From: the human T2T-CHM13v2.0 reference genome, Homo sapiens
Direction: 5' to 3' (one strand)
Assembly: GCF_009914755.1 (NCBI RefSeq)
Contig: NC_060930.1
Length of the DNA stretch: 64,000 bases
Below are positions 37,119 to 56,195 of this stretch, piece by piece. Below the pieces are notes generated by a model that saw nothing but the letters and a program-made list of their open reading frames with translations, had not been told where the DNA came from and searched no databases. How positions within the stretch are numbered: position 1 is the first letter of the stretch; every line of letters starts with the position of its first letter. The translations under genes were made by a program, and so were the position numbers.

Positions 37119-37921
37119 TATAGAAAAGAACACTGAAGGCCTGAGGCTATTATCATTAGAAAGGCCTCCTCATAAGGTTGGCCCTGGCTGGGGGCTGGAA
37201 ACTTGACTAGTAAACAGTTTCCTCCGTTGGTATAAAACCCTTCCATAAATTATAAAAGTGGTTCACTGTGCCTAAATGGTTTACACCAAGCTTGTCCAAC
37301 CCACGGCAGACGGGCTGCAAGCAGCCCAAGACGGCTTTGAATGCAGCCCAACACAAATTATAAAACTTCCTTAAAACATTATGAGATTTTTTTGTGATTT
37401 TTTTTCTTTTTTAGCTCATCAGCTATTGTTACTGTTAGTCTATTTTATGTGTGGCCCAACACAATTCTTCTTCTTCCATTGTAGATCAGGGAAGCAAAAA
37501 GACTGGACACCCCTGGTTTACACAAACAATGTGATTAATGTTGAATACCTCTTTCCTTCTGGAAGTCTGAAAATGCTGTATGTGCTAGGCAGAGGATGCC
37601 TCCTTGACCAGCCCCCAATAAAACCCCTGGACTCCTAGGCTCAGGCAAGCTTCCCTGTAAGATTACACTTTACATGTGTTGTCACAACTTGTCACAAGGG
37701 GAATTCAGTGCATCCTGTGTGACTCCACTGGGGGACGACTCTTGGAAGCTTCTACCTGGGTTCCTCCAGACTGCTTCCCAAGCACCTTTTCCCTTTGCTG
37801 ACACTGCTTTGTATTCTTTTGCCATAAAAGAGCTTGCCACAAGTATGGCCATATACTGACTCCTGTGAGTTCTTCTAGTGAATCACTGAACTTGCAGGTG
37901 GTTTTAGGAACCCCGAAAACA
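37119..37921 (+). mobile_element. MER68-like ERVL solo LTR
   Basis: aaggttggccctggctgg ... cagcccccaataaaaccc ... gtgactccactggg ... ggaaccccgaaaaca, matching recalled consensus. Confidence 0.75.
37287..37515 (-). mobile_element. MER30 (hAT) nested in the LTR
   Basis: Termini caagcttgtccaa / ctggacacccctg; perfect 8-bp TSD gtttacac. Confidence 0.88.
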
Positions 37922-37924
37922 TCT

Positions 37925-40900
37925 CCATTCCAGAAAATAGAGCAAAACCACCCTCCCTGCCCAAAATGAGGGTGGGTTATACTTAGTAACTTGCTTTCAA
38001 AGAATAGAACAGGGAAAGGGAAAAATATTAACATTATAGTAGAGAAAACTAGCAACATGATACTAGAGAAAACTAGCCAATGCAATAATACCTCAACCAA
38101 GCCAAGAAGGTTCATATTATCAGTGGTATCGTGTTGATAGCATGCACCCACTGATGTAATGCGATAAGGGTACTTCATCTCTGTGGTATTCTTTCCCAAT
38201 ACCCATAACCCCAGTCTAGTCATGAGAAAAACAACAGACAAACCCAGATTGGATACCTAGCCAGTACTCAAGACTTATGCAAAGGTCATAAAAAATAAGG
38301 AAAGGCGGAGGAACTGTCACAGACCAAAGACTAAGGTGGCATGATCATTCAATGCAATGTGGTACCCCAGATGAGATTCTGGAACAGAAAGGGGACTGTA
38401 ATAGAAAAACTGGTAAAATTCAAATAAAGTCTGGTGTTTCATTGACAGTAATGTATCAATGTTGGTTTCTTAGCTTTTACAAATGCAGCATGGTAATGTA
38501 AGAAATAAAATAATGAAAGAAATTGGGTGAGGTGTTGATATGGTTTGGCTGTGTCCCCACCCAAGTCTCAACTTGAATTGTATCTCCCAGAATTCCCACA
38601 TGTTGTGGGAGGGACCTAGGGGGAGGTAATTGAATCATGGGGGCCCGTCTTTCCCATACTATTCTCCTGATAGTGAATAAGTCTCTGATGGGCTTATCAG
38701 GGGTTTCCACTTTTGCTTCTTCCTCATTTTCTCTTGCTACCACCATGTTAAGAAGTGCCTTTCAGGCCAGGCGCGATGGCTCACGCCTGTAATCCCAGCA
38801 CTTTGGGAAGCTGAGGTGGGCGGATCATGAGGTTAGGAGTTTGAGACAAGCCTGGCCAACACGGTGAAACCCCATCTCTACTAAAGATACAAAAAAATTA
38901 GCCAGGCGTGGTGGTGCATGCCTGTAATCCTAGCTACTCAGGAGGCTGAGGCAGGAGAATCGCTTGAACCTGGGAGGTGGGGGTTACAGTGAGCCAAGAT
39001 TGTGCCACTGCTCTCCAGCCTGGGCGACAGAGCAAGACTCTGTCTCAAAAAAAAAAAAAAAAAAAAAGAAGGAAGTGTCTTTCGCCTCCCACCATGATTC
39101 TGAGGCCTCCCCACCCATGTGGAACTGTAAGTCCAATTAAACCTCTTTTTCTTTCCAGTCTTGGGTATGTCTTTATCAGTAGAGTGAAAACAGACTAATA
39201 CAGTAAATTGGTACCAGTAGAGTGGGGCGTGGCTGAAAAGATAGAAGAAAATGTGGAAGCAACTTTGGAAATGAGTAACAGGCAAAGGTTGGAACAGTTT
39301 GGAGGGCTCAGAAGAAGACAGGAAAATGTAAGAAAGTTTGGGACTTCCTAGAGACTTGCTGAATGGCTTTGACAAAAATGCTGATGGTGATATGAACAAT
39401 AAGGTCCAGGCTGAGGTGGTCTCAGATGGACATGAGGAACTTGTTGGGAACTGGAGCAAAGGTGACTCTTGTTATGCTTTAGCAAAGAGACTGGTGGCAT
39501 TTTTTCCTTGCGCTAGAGATCTGTGGAACTTTGAACTTGAGAGAGATCATTGAGAGTATCTGGTGGAAGAAATTTCTAAGGAGCAAAGCATTCAAGAGGT
39601 GACTTGGGTGCTGTGAAAGGCATTCAGTTTTATAAGGTAAGCGGAGCATAAAAGTTTGGAAAATCTGTAGCCTGACAATGCAAAAGAAAAGAAAATTTCA
39701 TTTTCTGAGGAGAAATCCAAGCCGGCTGCAGAAATTTGCATAAGTAACAAGGAGCCAAATGTCAATCCCCAAGACAATGGGGAAAATGTCTCCAGAGCAT
39801 GTCAGAGGTCTTCATGGCTGTCCCTCCCATCACAGGCCCAGAGGCCTAGGGGTAAAAAGTGGTTTGTGGGCTAGGTCCATGGCCTCCATGCTGTGTGCAG
39901 CCTAGGGACTTGGTGCCCCATGTCCCAGCCACTCCAGCAGTGGCTGAAAGGGGCCGACATACAGCTTGGGCTGTGAATTCAGAGGGTGGAAGCCCCAGGC
40001 TTTGGCAGCTTCCAAGTAATGTTGAGCCTGTGGTGCACAGAAGTCAAGAATGGAGGTTTGGGAACCTCTGCCTAGATTTCAGAAGATGTAAGGAAATGCC
40101 TGGGTGTCCAGGCAAAAGTTTGCTGCAGGAGTGGGGCCCTCATGGAGAACCTCTGCTAGGGCAGTGCAGAAGGGAAATGTGGGGTCGGAGCCCCCACACA
40201 GAGTCCCTACTGGGGCACTGCCTAGCGGAGTTGTGGGAAGAGGACCACCGTCCTCCAGACCCCAGAATGGTAGATCCACCGACAGCTTGCACCATGCACC
40301 TGGAAAAGCCACAGACACTCAATGCCAGCCTATGAAAGAAGCTAGGAGGGAGGCTGTACCCTGCAAAGCAACAGGGCTGGAGCCTCCCAAGACCATAGGA
40401 ATCCACCTCTCGCATCAGTGTGGCCTGAATGTGAGACCTGGAGTCAAAGGGGATCATTTTGGAGTTTTAAAATTTGATTGCCCCACTGGATTTCGGACTT
40501 GCATGGGCACTGTAATCCCTTTGTTTTGGCACATTTCTCTCATTTGGAACGGCTGTATTTACCCAATACCTGTAACCCCATTGTATCTAGGAAGTAACTA
40601 TCTCGCTTTTGATTTTGCAGGCTTACAGGTGAAAGGGACTTGCCTTGTCTCAGAGGAGACTTTGGACTGTGGACTTTTGGGATTAATGCTGAAATGAGTT
40701 AAGACTTTGGGGGACTGCTGGGAAGGCATGATTGGTTTTGAAATGTGAGGACGTGAGATTTGGAGGGGCCAAAGGTGGAATTATATGGTTTGGCTCTGTC
40801 CCCACCCAAATCTCAACTTGAATTGTATCTCCCAGAACTCCCACGTGTTGTGGGAAGAACCCAGGGGGAGGTAATTGAATCATGGGGCCAGTCTTTCCCA

Positions 40901-41215
40901 TACTATTCTCATGACAGTGAATAAGTCTCATGAGATCTGATGGGCTTATCAGGGGTTTCTGCTTTTGCTTCTTTCTCATTTTCACTTGCTGCCACCATGT
41001 AAGAAGTGCCTTTCGCCAGCCACCATGATTCTGAGTCCTCCCCAGCCATGTGGAACTGTTTAAGTCCAATTACACCTCTTTTTCTTCCCAATCTTGGGTA
41101 TGCCTTTATAAGCAGCATGAAAATGGACTAACACAGGGGTACATGGGAATTATCTGTACTATCTTTGCAATTTTTCTACAAATCTAAAATTAAAATAAGA
41201 AGTTACTAAAAAAAA
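37925..41215 (+). mobile_element. L1MC-type 3' UTR split by THE1A
   Basis: Sequence is continuous across the insertion: tgggtgagg(t/g)gt|acatgggaattatctgtactatctttgcaa. Confidence 0.7.
38536..41135 (+). mobile_element. Full-length THE1A MaLR: LTR 38536-39202 (AluS inserted at 38765-39068), internal 39203-40780, LTR 40781-41135
   Basis: Two direct LTRs t(g/t)atatggtttggct ... gactaa(t/c)aca; 1.6-kb internal region; TSD ggtgt/ggggt. Confidence 0.92.
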
Positions 41216-41904
41216 GAGTGGTAAACTTGACTATGAAAAAATAATAGACTAGATATGTTACTGAGGTTTTTTATTTTTTTTGAGCCATTCTTATAAGGCC
41301 AGTTTCTGACTTTTTCTAATTTTCCCATAATAAAATATTAACAACTTATACAAAAGTTGTGAGAGAATAATATAACAAACTCTCATATACTCCAAGCTTC
41401 AACAATTCTCATGACTGATTTTTTTCCCCTCCACAATGTTCCATACCTCATTCCCTCTAGATTATTTTGAAGCAAATCCTAGAAAGTATATCATTTCAAC
41501 TGTTAAATATTTCAACCTGTATCTTTTTTTTTGTTTGCTGTTGTAGAGACAGGGTCTTGTTCTGTCGCTGAGATCACACTACTGCTGGAGTGCAGTGGTG
41601 TGATCATGGCTCACTGCAGCCTTGAACTCCTGGGCTCAAGCAATCCTCCTGTCTCAGCCTCCCAATAGCTGGGAGGACAGGTGCACACCACCACACCTGG
41701 CTCATTTTTCTTTTTTAAAAATTTTTTGTAGAGACAGGCTCTCACTTTGTTGTCCAGGCTGGCCTCAAACTCCTGAGCTCAAGCAATACTCCCACCCTGG
41801 ACTCCTGAAGTCCTGGAATTACACGCATGAGCCACCATGCTTGATCTCAACATATATTAATATCTTTAAAACAAGAGACTTGCCTTAAACAAACAATAAG
41901 ACCA

Positions 41905-41905
41905 C

Positions 41906-41953
<48 letters not shown>
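41905..41953. repeat. (CT)n(CA)n compound microsatellite
   Basis: Seen directly. Confidence 0.95.
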
Positions 41954-41954
<1 letters not shown>

Positions 41955-41964
41955 TCAACAGTAA

Positions 41965-42183
<219 letters not shown>

Positions 42184-43732
42184 TGACCACGCCTGGCCAA
42201 CAATTTTTTAATATCAAAGTAGTGTTCACATTCCCTCAAATGTCCTATAAATGTTTTTTATCCCCCAGTTTGTTTGAACCACAACCTAAACGAGTTTTAT
42301 ATACTGCAATTGATTAATATGTTTCTTAAGTCCTTTTTAACCAATAGATTTCCCCTTTCACTTTTTTCCCTTGCAATTTGTTGGAAAAAAGTGAGTCATT
42401 TGTTCTGCACAGTTTCCCACAGTCTGTTGTTTGCTGAATGAATCCCCATGGTGTAATTTAACATACTCCTTTGTCTGTTCTCTTTCCTGTAAATTAGTCG
42501 TTAGAACTAAAGCCCTGATCAAATTCAGGGTTCTGTTTTTTGTTTGCAAGAATTTTTCAGACATGGGTTGTATACTCTCAACAGCATCTTGGTAGCATTC
42601 TGTCTTTGTTTACTAGCAGAAATACTCTATGAGGAGAAACTGCCCCCAACAACAACTTGGTTACTCTGAGTAATGTTCACATACAAAAGGCAAGACAGAA
42701 CACTTGATTCTTTCTCCCGTATTTACCAGTTTCAAAAATAATGAGTTGGCTCCCTAGTATCCACTAAAGGTGATTAGAAAGGTTTTTTGTTTGTTTGTAC
42801 ATATCCCTATGACTCATAGATTTAGAGATATTTGAAGTTTTTCAATCCATTGCAGTATTTCTCATAGGACAAACGCAAGGCCTTTTGCACCAGATAATTG
42901 GTACTCAGATTATCCCAGCTTTGTCCAGTGGGAGCCTATTCAAGCTGGCTCTGGAATGCTTCAGACAAAACTCTAGTATTTTGTAGTAGCTCATTTGCTT
43001 TCTGGCATGATCTGATGCTCCAGGTTCATCCTCTCCATCTCCTGCTCTGGACTTGGAATGAGCAGGTGTCTAACCTCCCACTGGGATGTAGAAATGGAAT
43101 TCGGAGACTGAGCACTAAGGCTGCTCACTTTTATTGGGTTGGTCATTGTTTCTAACTTTTCAGCGGAGAAGGCTAGGAAATATGTATTTTTTTAAAAAAT
43201 AGATATATCTTGAGTTCATACTGATAGTCAAACTTAAATTAAAGACCACAGAATTTCTAATTACCCTCTTCTGTCTTATCTGTTTCTTTCCAGTTATCAA
43301 AACACCAACATAATTGTTTGTTTTATCGCTGATTCAGTCAAGTCATAATACCAATACTAGCATCAACAAAATGATTACTAAAATAAGAAATTTAATATAT
43401 ATTTTTTAACTTTTTCTTTTGAAGGTATATTTCACTAGGATGTAAAGTCAAATCATTGTGCCTTGAAATTATGTGGAAGAGTTGGCTGGGCACGGTGGCT
43501 CACGCCTGTAATCCCAGCACTTTGGGAGGCTGAGGTGGGCGGATCACCTGAGGTCAGGAGTTCAAGACCAACCTGGCCAACATGGTGAAACCCCATCTCT
43601 ACTAAAAATACAAAAATTAGCTGGGCATGGTGGTGTACGCCTGTAATACCAGCTACTCAGGAGGCTGAGGCAGGAGAATCACTTGAACCCAGGGTGGCAG
43701 AAGCTGCAGTGAGTCGAGATCACACCACTTCA

Positions 43733-44228
<496 letters not shown>

Positions 44229-44470
44229 TTAGGAATTGCTCTTTAAATTTAAAATTTAAATTATGTAAAACATTTATATGGCTCCAAAACTATATCTGTA
44301 AAACAAAATACATTCAAAGAAGTGTAGCTTCTACTCCTATCCTTTGCACCCTATCTCCTCCATAGCTTTCCCTTTAGGTAATTATTAACAACTTATCCAA
44401 CCACTGTTTTAAGTACATACATGCATATATAAATGCATACATGTCAATGTGTATATAATTATGTATATAC

Positions 44471-44762
44471 TTTTTTTTTTTTGAGATAGGGTCTCACTCT
44501 GTTGCCCAGGCTGGAGTAGAGTGGTGTGATTCTGGCTCATTGCAACCTCCGCTTCCTGGGCTCAAGCGATCCTCCCGCCTCAGCCCCCAAGTAGCTGAGA
44601 GAACAGGCACAAGCCACTATGCCCGACCAATTTTTGTATTCTTTGTAGAGACGGGGTTTCATCATGTTGCCCAGGGCTGGTCTCAAGCTCCTGAGCTCAA
44701 GCGATCCACCCACCTCAGCCTCCCAAAGTGCTGGGATTACAGGTGTGAGCCACTGTGTCCGG
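44471..44762 (-). mobile_element. AluJ/S
   Basis: Alu dimer; TSD atgtatatactt. Confidence 0.88.
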
Positions 44763-44788
44763 TGGATGTATATACTTCTAAGTGTACG

Positions 44789-48457
<3,669 letters not shown>

Positions 48458-48662
48458 TATATTGTACATACTTTTAAATTCCCTTTCTTAAACAGAAACG
48501 TGATATAGACTTTTCTTATTTCATGAGTCAAATTCACACACACATACATAATATATATATAAAATCTTTCTCTGTGTGGTCTTTGTTCTCTCTTTTTGGT
48601 GTATCTTCCAGTTATTTAGAAAAGTTGGTGTTCTTGTTCTCACAGTTATGTTTACACTAACA

Positions 48663-48806
48663 CAGATCAAGGACCCTTAACTCGAAAATCCAAAATCTGA
48701 AATGCTCCAAAATCTGAAACTTTTTGAATGCTAACATGATGCTCAAAGAAAATGCTTATTGGGACATTTTGGATTTTGGAATTTTTGATTAGGGACACCC
48801 AACCTA
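48663..48806. mobile_element. Tigger4a/MER46-like MITE
   Basis: aaaatccaaaatctgaaatgctccaaaa ... ttttggattttgg inverted ends. Confidence 0.75.
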
Positions 48807-49022
48807 CACTTTATATGATAACTTTGTATATAACACCTTCACTTTTTTGGTGACTGTTTATTGGTTTCCTACTTATTAGCAATATTAATATTAGGTGATA
48901 ATCTTCTCTTTTCCCAGCTTTTCCCTCCTTTTTGGGATCCAATTTGAAACAGCATCCTTTTACTTCCAGTTAATATTTACAAGGCAATCAATAAGGAAAT
49001 CCTACTTTTCACATACACTCAC

Positions 49023-49125
49023 CATCTCCTTCTATTTTCTGATAGTTACACTACATCTTCACCGTCAGAACACACAGCCACCGGATATTACACTGTCTGC
49101 CTTTAACTATGGTTTAGTCTTCATT
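49023..49125 (-). other. Candidate cassette (poison) exon in intron 2
   Basis: Acceptor tatttacttacag|AAT, donor ATG|gtgagt; 103 nt; reads AAT GAA GAC TAA in frame after exon 2. Confidence 0.45.
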
Positions 49126-49889
49126 CTGTAAGTAAATATATATTGAATGCTTACCCACTGTTGTTAGGTAGAAGTCTCTCTAATCATTTTGGTTGGCTGA
49201 AATTCATTCTGTTGTGTAACAGATTCCTTAGGAAAGGCTCATTGGAACAATCATCCCAGAGTCCTTGCATGACCTAATAGTGTGTGGTTCCTGTACCTGG
49301 GGGTCAATTTGGCTGGATATAAAGCCCCTGGCTGTTATTCCATTGCCTTCTGGCATGAGACAGATATATCTGTTAACAACTGCGTTTTCTTGCCCTTATG
49401 AAGGACTTAGCCATTTTGTCTGGATGCCCAGAGGACTCTTTTTCTATAAAGTCTAAGAGATTTATTGGTAACTATCTTAGCGTTGTCTGTTCTGGGTTAA
49501 TTTTCCCTGAATGTAGTAGTGTGCCCTTCAATATAATTTTAGTATTTTACTTCAAGAAAGTTTTTTTGACTTCTAGTTTTTGTATTTATATTTGCTCTAT
49601 TACATCGCTTTGGTCTTTTTTCTAGTGGCTCATTATCACACATATTTCAATTTTTCATTCCAATTTTCAACTTCACTTAAGGACTCTTCAGTTGTTTATT
49701 CACTCATGTTCCTTTTAGTTTAGTTTTCATTTATGAAATATTTTTAAATTTCTTTTTCCTGAATTCTTTCACCTGACCTTTTATTTTTGCTAATTATTTT
49801 ACCTGATCATTTCTGAGTTTTTCCTTTTATGAGTTATATCGTTCTTTCCTTGCTTCTACAATTTTCTTATGCTCCCAGAGCTCATGTTA

Positions 49890-50213
<324 letters not shown>

Positions 50214-50609
50214 TTATAGTTCTATTTTTTGTGTGGTCAAATCTTTCTTATTTCCTCGAGGAATATTATTCTGTTCTTTATCCTCTAATCAATTGTGTGG
50301 GATTTGACTCTTGCTCGACTTTAAGTGAAATTAGTTTTCCACTATTTTTAGAAGGGAGGGGTGGTGAGAATAGCCTTTTTAACTTTAGAGTTGTATAACT
50401 CCCTTTTTCGTTTCACAAAGTATTCAGTTTCCTACAATTTTTCTACAGTGTAAAACATTATTGTGAAAGGGTGTTTTGGTTTGGGAGTTCCAAAGCCCCT
50501 GACTGCTTCAGCACCATTAGGTTTTCCTACAGCCCCCTAGCACCTACTCCTAAGTTGGAGCCTGTGAAGTCCCCTCCCAGTTTCTGCTGCTGTTCTCCAA
50601 ATGGCCCAC

Positions 50610-50987
50610 TGCTATAGTTTGAATGTATCCCCCAAAACTGTGTGCTGGAAATATAATGCCCAATGCCACAGTGTTGGGAGGTGGGGTCTGGGCCTAACGA
50701 GAGGTGATTAGTTCATGAGGGCTGTGCCCTCATGAATGGATTAAGGCCATCATCAAAAGAATGGTTTCCTTTATAAGTAGACAAGTTCAGCCCCCTTCTC
50801 TTTCTCTCTTAACTTTTCTTACCTTCTGCCTCCCACCATAGGATGACATAGTCAGAAGGCACTCACCAGACGAAGCCCCTTTGATAACTTCCCAGCCTCC
50901 AGAACTGTGAGCCAAATACATTTCTCCTCATTATAAATTACTCAGTTTCAGGTATTCTGTTAGAGCATCACGCAACAGACTAAAACA
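50610..50987 (+). mobile_element. MST-family MaLR solo LTR (MSTC/D-like)
   Basis: tgctatagtttgaatg ... cagactaaaaca; TSD ccca(c/t). Confidence 0.85.
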
Positions 50988-51674
50988 CCCATCAGGCTTC
51001 CCAGATCTATCTGGTGGGAATTTTGAGGTTGTCTAGCACTCAAGGCTCTCGCAAGTCCCTCTGCATTCTTTCCACTCCCTCTGGCAGTTCTGATACCACA
51101 GAAGCCTTTTAGCTGTTGGTGACTTGGCCATTGGTATCATGGGTACCCTGTTGCCTGGTTTTATTACAGATGTAGATTGGGTTTGCTGTGCTAATTGCTC
51201 TGTTTTTAGACATATTCAAGGGGGAAAAAAAACAAAACATAAAACTATGCCCCCGCCACTGCCACCTTCTCCAGATGGTATTGTAATCTGGAAGAATCGA
51301 GAGAGTAGTGGAAACTATTTCAATGCTTATGGCACAGACTCATTTACATGTACAAGAAAATGGTCTCTCAGTTCAAAGACAAACACAACTAAGAACAGAG
51401 AGTGGAGCTATGCAGCTCCATTCAGGGGACAGGTTATTATTCTGGGGCCTATAAATGGGCTTTGGGGTTCCAGGGTGCTCCTGAAATTGTAGTCAAATTG
51501 AAGACATGTTCTCTATGCATTTTTCTGGGGAAAAAAATTCTTAAAGGAGTCCGTGACCTACTAAGAGAACTACTTATTTAAAGGGTTATTTATTGTAGCA
51601 GGCAAACGGGTAGTTACACACAGTAAGTGAATTAGTAGCCATAGCTCTCTAACAACCCATTAATAATCAATTTA

Positions 51675-51980
<306 letters not shown>

Positions 51981-52819
51981 GAAAAGAAAAAAAGAAAAGA
52001 CAAAAAAACCCCAAAAAACCCATGACACTATTATACAAAAAAGACGTTAGAAAGTCTCTTCCCTTAAACTCACCATCTGGTGTGCGTTTGTTTTTATGCT
52101 GATATTTTTAACTGAGGGGTAACTGTTCGCACTTATCACACAAGGAAGAATATACTAACATTTGTTTATTTATATATGTATATTGTTTCTGGCATGAAAA
52201 TTCTCAGAGCAAAGCTCAGCACTCATAAAGCTTGGTTTCTGATGTAATCTGATAGCATTAGAGAGAAAATGAGAGACTGACATAATTTAAATTTTTCTTT
52301 CAGTCACCAGATTTAAAACCATACGGTGTCTACACATACTTCTCATGTGTTATATGGAACAGACACTCTGATAAAATGATGTTTTAACCTGACAGTGTCT
52401 CTAGTAATCTAACCAAAAACAAGGAATCAGGAGATCAAGTGAAATTCCTGTGCTGCCTTTGGAGGAATTTTCTCTTGATCAATTTAACCCACATTAGAAT
52501 TAATTAAAACAATCCCACTCAACTCTTATAATTATTGCACTATTAAATACTTTTCTTTTTGTCTCTAATTTTAACCAACATTTGCTTCATTTTTCCTAAC
52601 ACTTATTTTTCTTTCAGTCCAAACATCACCCATTCTATGAAAATTTCCCTGAGCTCTCTTAGAAGTTGTTTCTCGAGTTGTTTCCTCTTCTGAGCTCTCA
52701 AGTCTTTCGTGCTTATAACAATTACACCATGATGACTCTTTGTTTACATGCCTTTCTTCTCCCTAGATGGTAAACTTCACGGAGGTAGGAATTGTTTCCT
52801 ATTTATTTGTACATGTCTT

Positions 52820-53650
<831 letters not shown>

Positions 53651-54649
53651 CATAGGTATTCAATAACTGTTCCATAAAGCATTGCATGAATAAAGTTTGC
53701 TAAAAACTAAATAAGGAACTTATACAGGACTATATACTCTATAAGCATGTCTAAATACTTGTTGACCACCATCAGTCTCTGCTCTGCTCCACCTGAGAAA
53801 GGCCATAACAGTTCCTCCAAGGCTAGAAAGACAGTGGCACAGAGGACAATGCCTTTACCCACTGATACTATTACATTAATACTCACTGGAAGGATTCCAC
53901 CTGAAAGGTGAGATCCTTATGAATCTCTGTCCATAATGTTCATTGGAATCAAGGGAAAAAGAGTTTGTATAAAGTCAGGAGACAGACAGTCATCTGTCCT
54001 TAAATATTAATGAAAACAAAAAGAGAGCTTAAAATAGCCTAAGAGGACTTCAATAATTTAAGTAATGCTGCCACCATGTGGTACTTACTCCCTTCTTTTA
54101 CAAATAAAATTTTATAAAGAAAAAGGTAATTGTTGCCATATACCTTAAGTTTTTTAAACATATAAACAACTTTAGTTTTAAGTGCTAGCCAGTTTTTCTT
54201 AAAGTAACCTACATTCAAATGATACAGAAAAGATGAAACTTCCAGGAGGTACCAGCAGCTCTGCTTTGCCACTCTATCTAACCAAAGACCACATTTATTA
54301 ATTATCTGATATCATTGTTTCGGCCATGATAGAAAAGAAGTACAAATAATGCAGATGTATATTCAAACCTAAAGCCTCTGAAACATGTTGAGCTTTTTCC
54401 TTCTAATTTGAGATGAGAGTTATAACAGACAGAAAAGGCATTTGAGCCTGAAGTTGTGTGCTACACTAAACCCTCAGGAAGGCCAAATGGGGAGGGAAGA
54501 CCAATTGGTCTTGTGTTGGTCACTGTGTGAAAAGACTGGATCAAGTACTTTTCAAGAAAAGCAACTCAAACTTAGCTGATAAAATGTTCTTGAGCCCTTC
54601 AGAGACCATTCTTCAATAATAAAGACCATTCTTCAAAGCACCGTAAGAA

Positions 54650-55420
54650 CGAAGGGTGGGACTATGTCTGTCTTATTTACTGGCATATCATTACTTCCTG
54701 ATATTATGCCTCACATAAAATAAGTGCTCAACACATTTTGTTTGACTTTATATAACCAGCTGTTACTATAAGCTGTTCTGACCTGTTAAATTTGTGGTAA
54801 TTTATTACATAGACTTAGAAAATGAATACAGTGCCATATAGAGAAGTAAATTAGGGTGACATGATAGAGTGTACTGGTTACTGCTTTGGATTAAAGGGCT
54901 GGAGGTGATACTTAACCTGCAATCTAAACCAAAAATAATGAGCCATGCGAAAAATGAGAAGTAGCAGCATCTTAGGAAGATGGAATTGCTGATGCTGTAA
55001 CAATCGTGATGTGTTAAAGAAAAAGAAAGGAAGAATTGTGGCTGAAACACAAGGAGGGAAGAGTTGTGTACAATAAAGTCTGAAAGACAAGTAGAGGTCA
55101 GAGATCATCTAGGATTTTTAAGTAGAGCCAAGGAGCTGGAGTGCGCTTTCCATGTAAAGAAAAGCCAAAGTAGGAGGAGGCTAAGCAAGGGTGTGGTACA
55201 ACAGGATTTGCAGACCATTTGGCTACTGTGTGAGAAAGGTTATTTCACAGAGATAAGACTGAAATTAAGGAGACCAGGTAGGGGCCTACTGCAGGTGGCC
55301 GGGTGAGGGCTGACGGTGAGCTGGGTTGGGATAGGGGTAGTGGCAAGAAAGATAAGTAGAAAGATTTAAGATATGTTTTAGAGGTAGATTTGCTGATAAT
55401 GTGGTTGCTGAAGTGAAGTA
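54650..55420 (+). mobile_element. L2 fragments (another at about 56580-56940)
   Basis: Degraded L2 motifs (ggagaccaggtaggggcctactgca; agatatgttttagaggtaga). Confidence 0.6.
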
Positions 55421-55533
55421 AAAAGAAGAAAATATAACTCCCACATTTAAGAACTAAATCCACACTCTATACATGTAAAACTCAATACAATTTTAAAAAC
55501 ATATTTATACAACACACTGTAAAAATCTTATAG

Positions 55534-55859
<326 letters not shown>

Positions 55860-56096
55860 TCCACTTTCTTCTTACTAAGGAATTGGTAACCATCTTTACA
55901 CAGCACGGTAAAGGAATAGTCTCTGGATAATTTTCTGTGTCTCCCACATTATTCTTATTCCTAATAAGAATAATAAATAATGATGACAAATAAATAAATA
56001 AAATATCAAAAAGATAAAAAAGACTTAAAAATTTTTTTTAAATGATGACGATGTGGTATAATCAGATTGTGGGAACTTACTGCTTAACGAACAATG

Positions 56097-56195
56097 AACC
56101 TATTATACACGTTAAGATGTTAACTAAACCAATTACACACGCTAATTAACATGTTAACTGAACCAATTACACATGTTACTTAACATGTATAATTA
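56097..56195. repeat. Degenerate 30-34 bp tandem repeat, 3 units
   Basis: Units aacc(a/t)atta(c/t)aca ... aa(c/g)atgt start at 56097, 56127 and 56161. Confidence 0.75.

Noticed and set aside
39338-40697. ORFs up to 197 aa in the THE1A internal region
   Set aside because: They are broken remnants of the MaLR internal ORF, with no intact gag or pol.
52068-52115. Strong minus-strand donor ATG|gtgagt
   Set aside because: I found no convincing partner acceptor.
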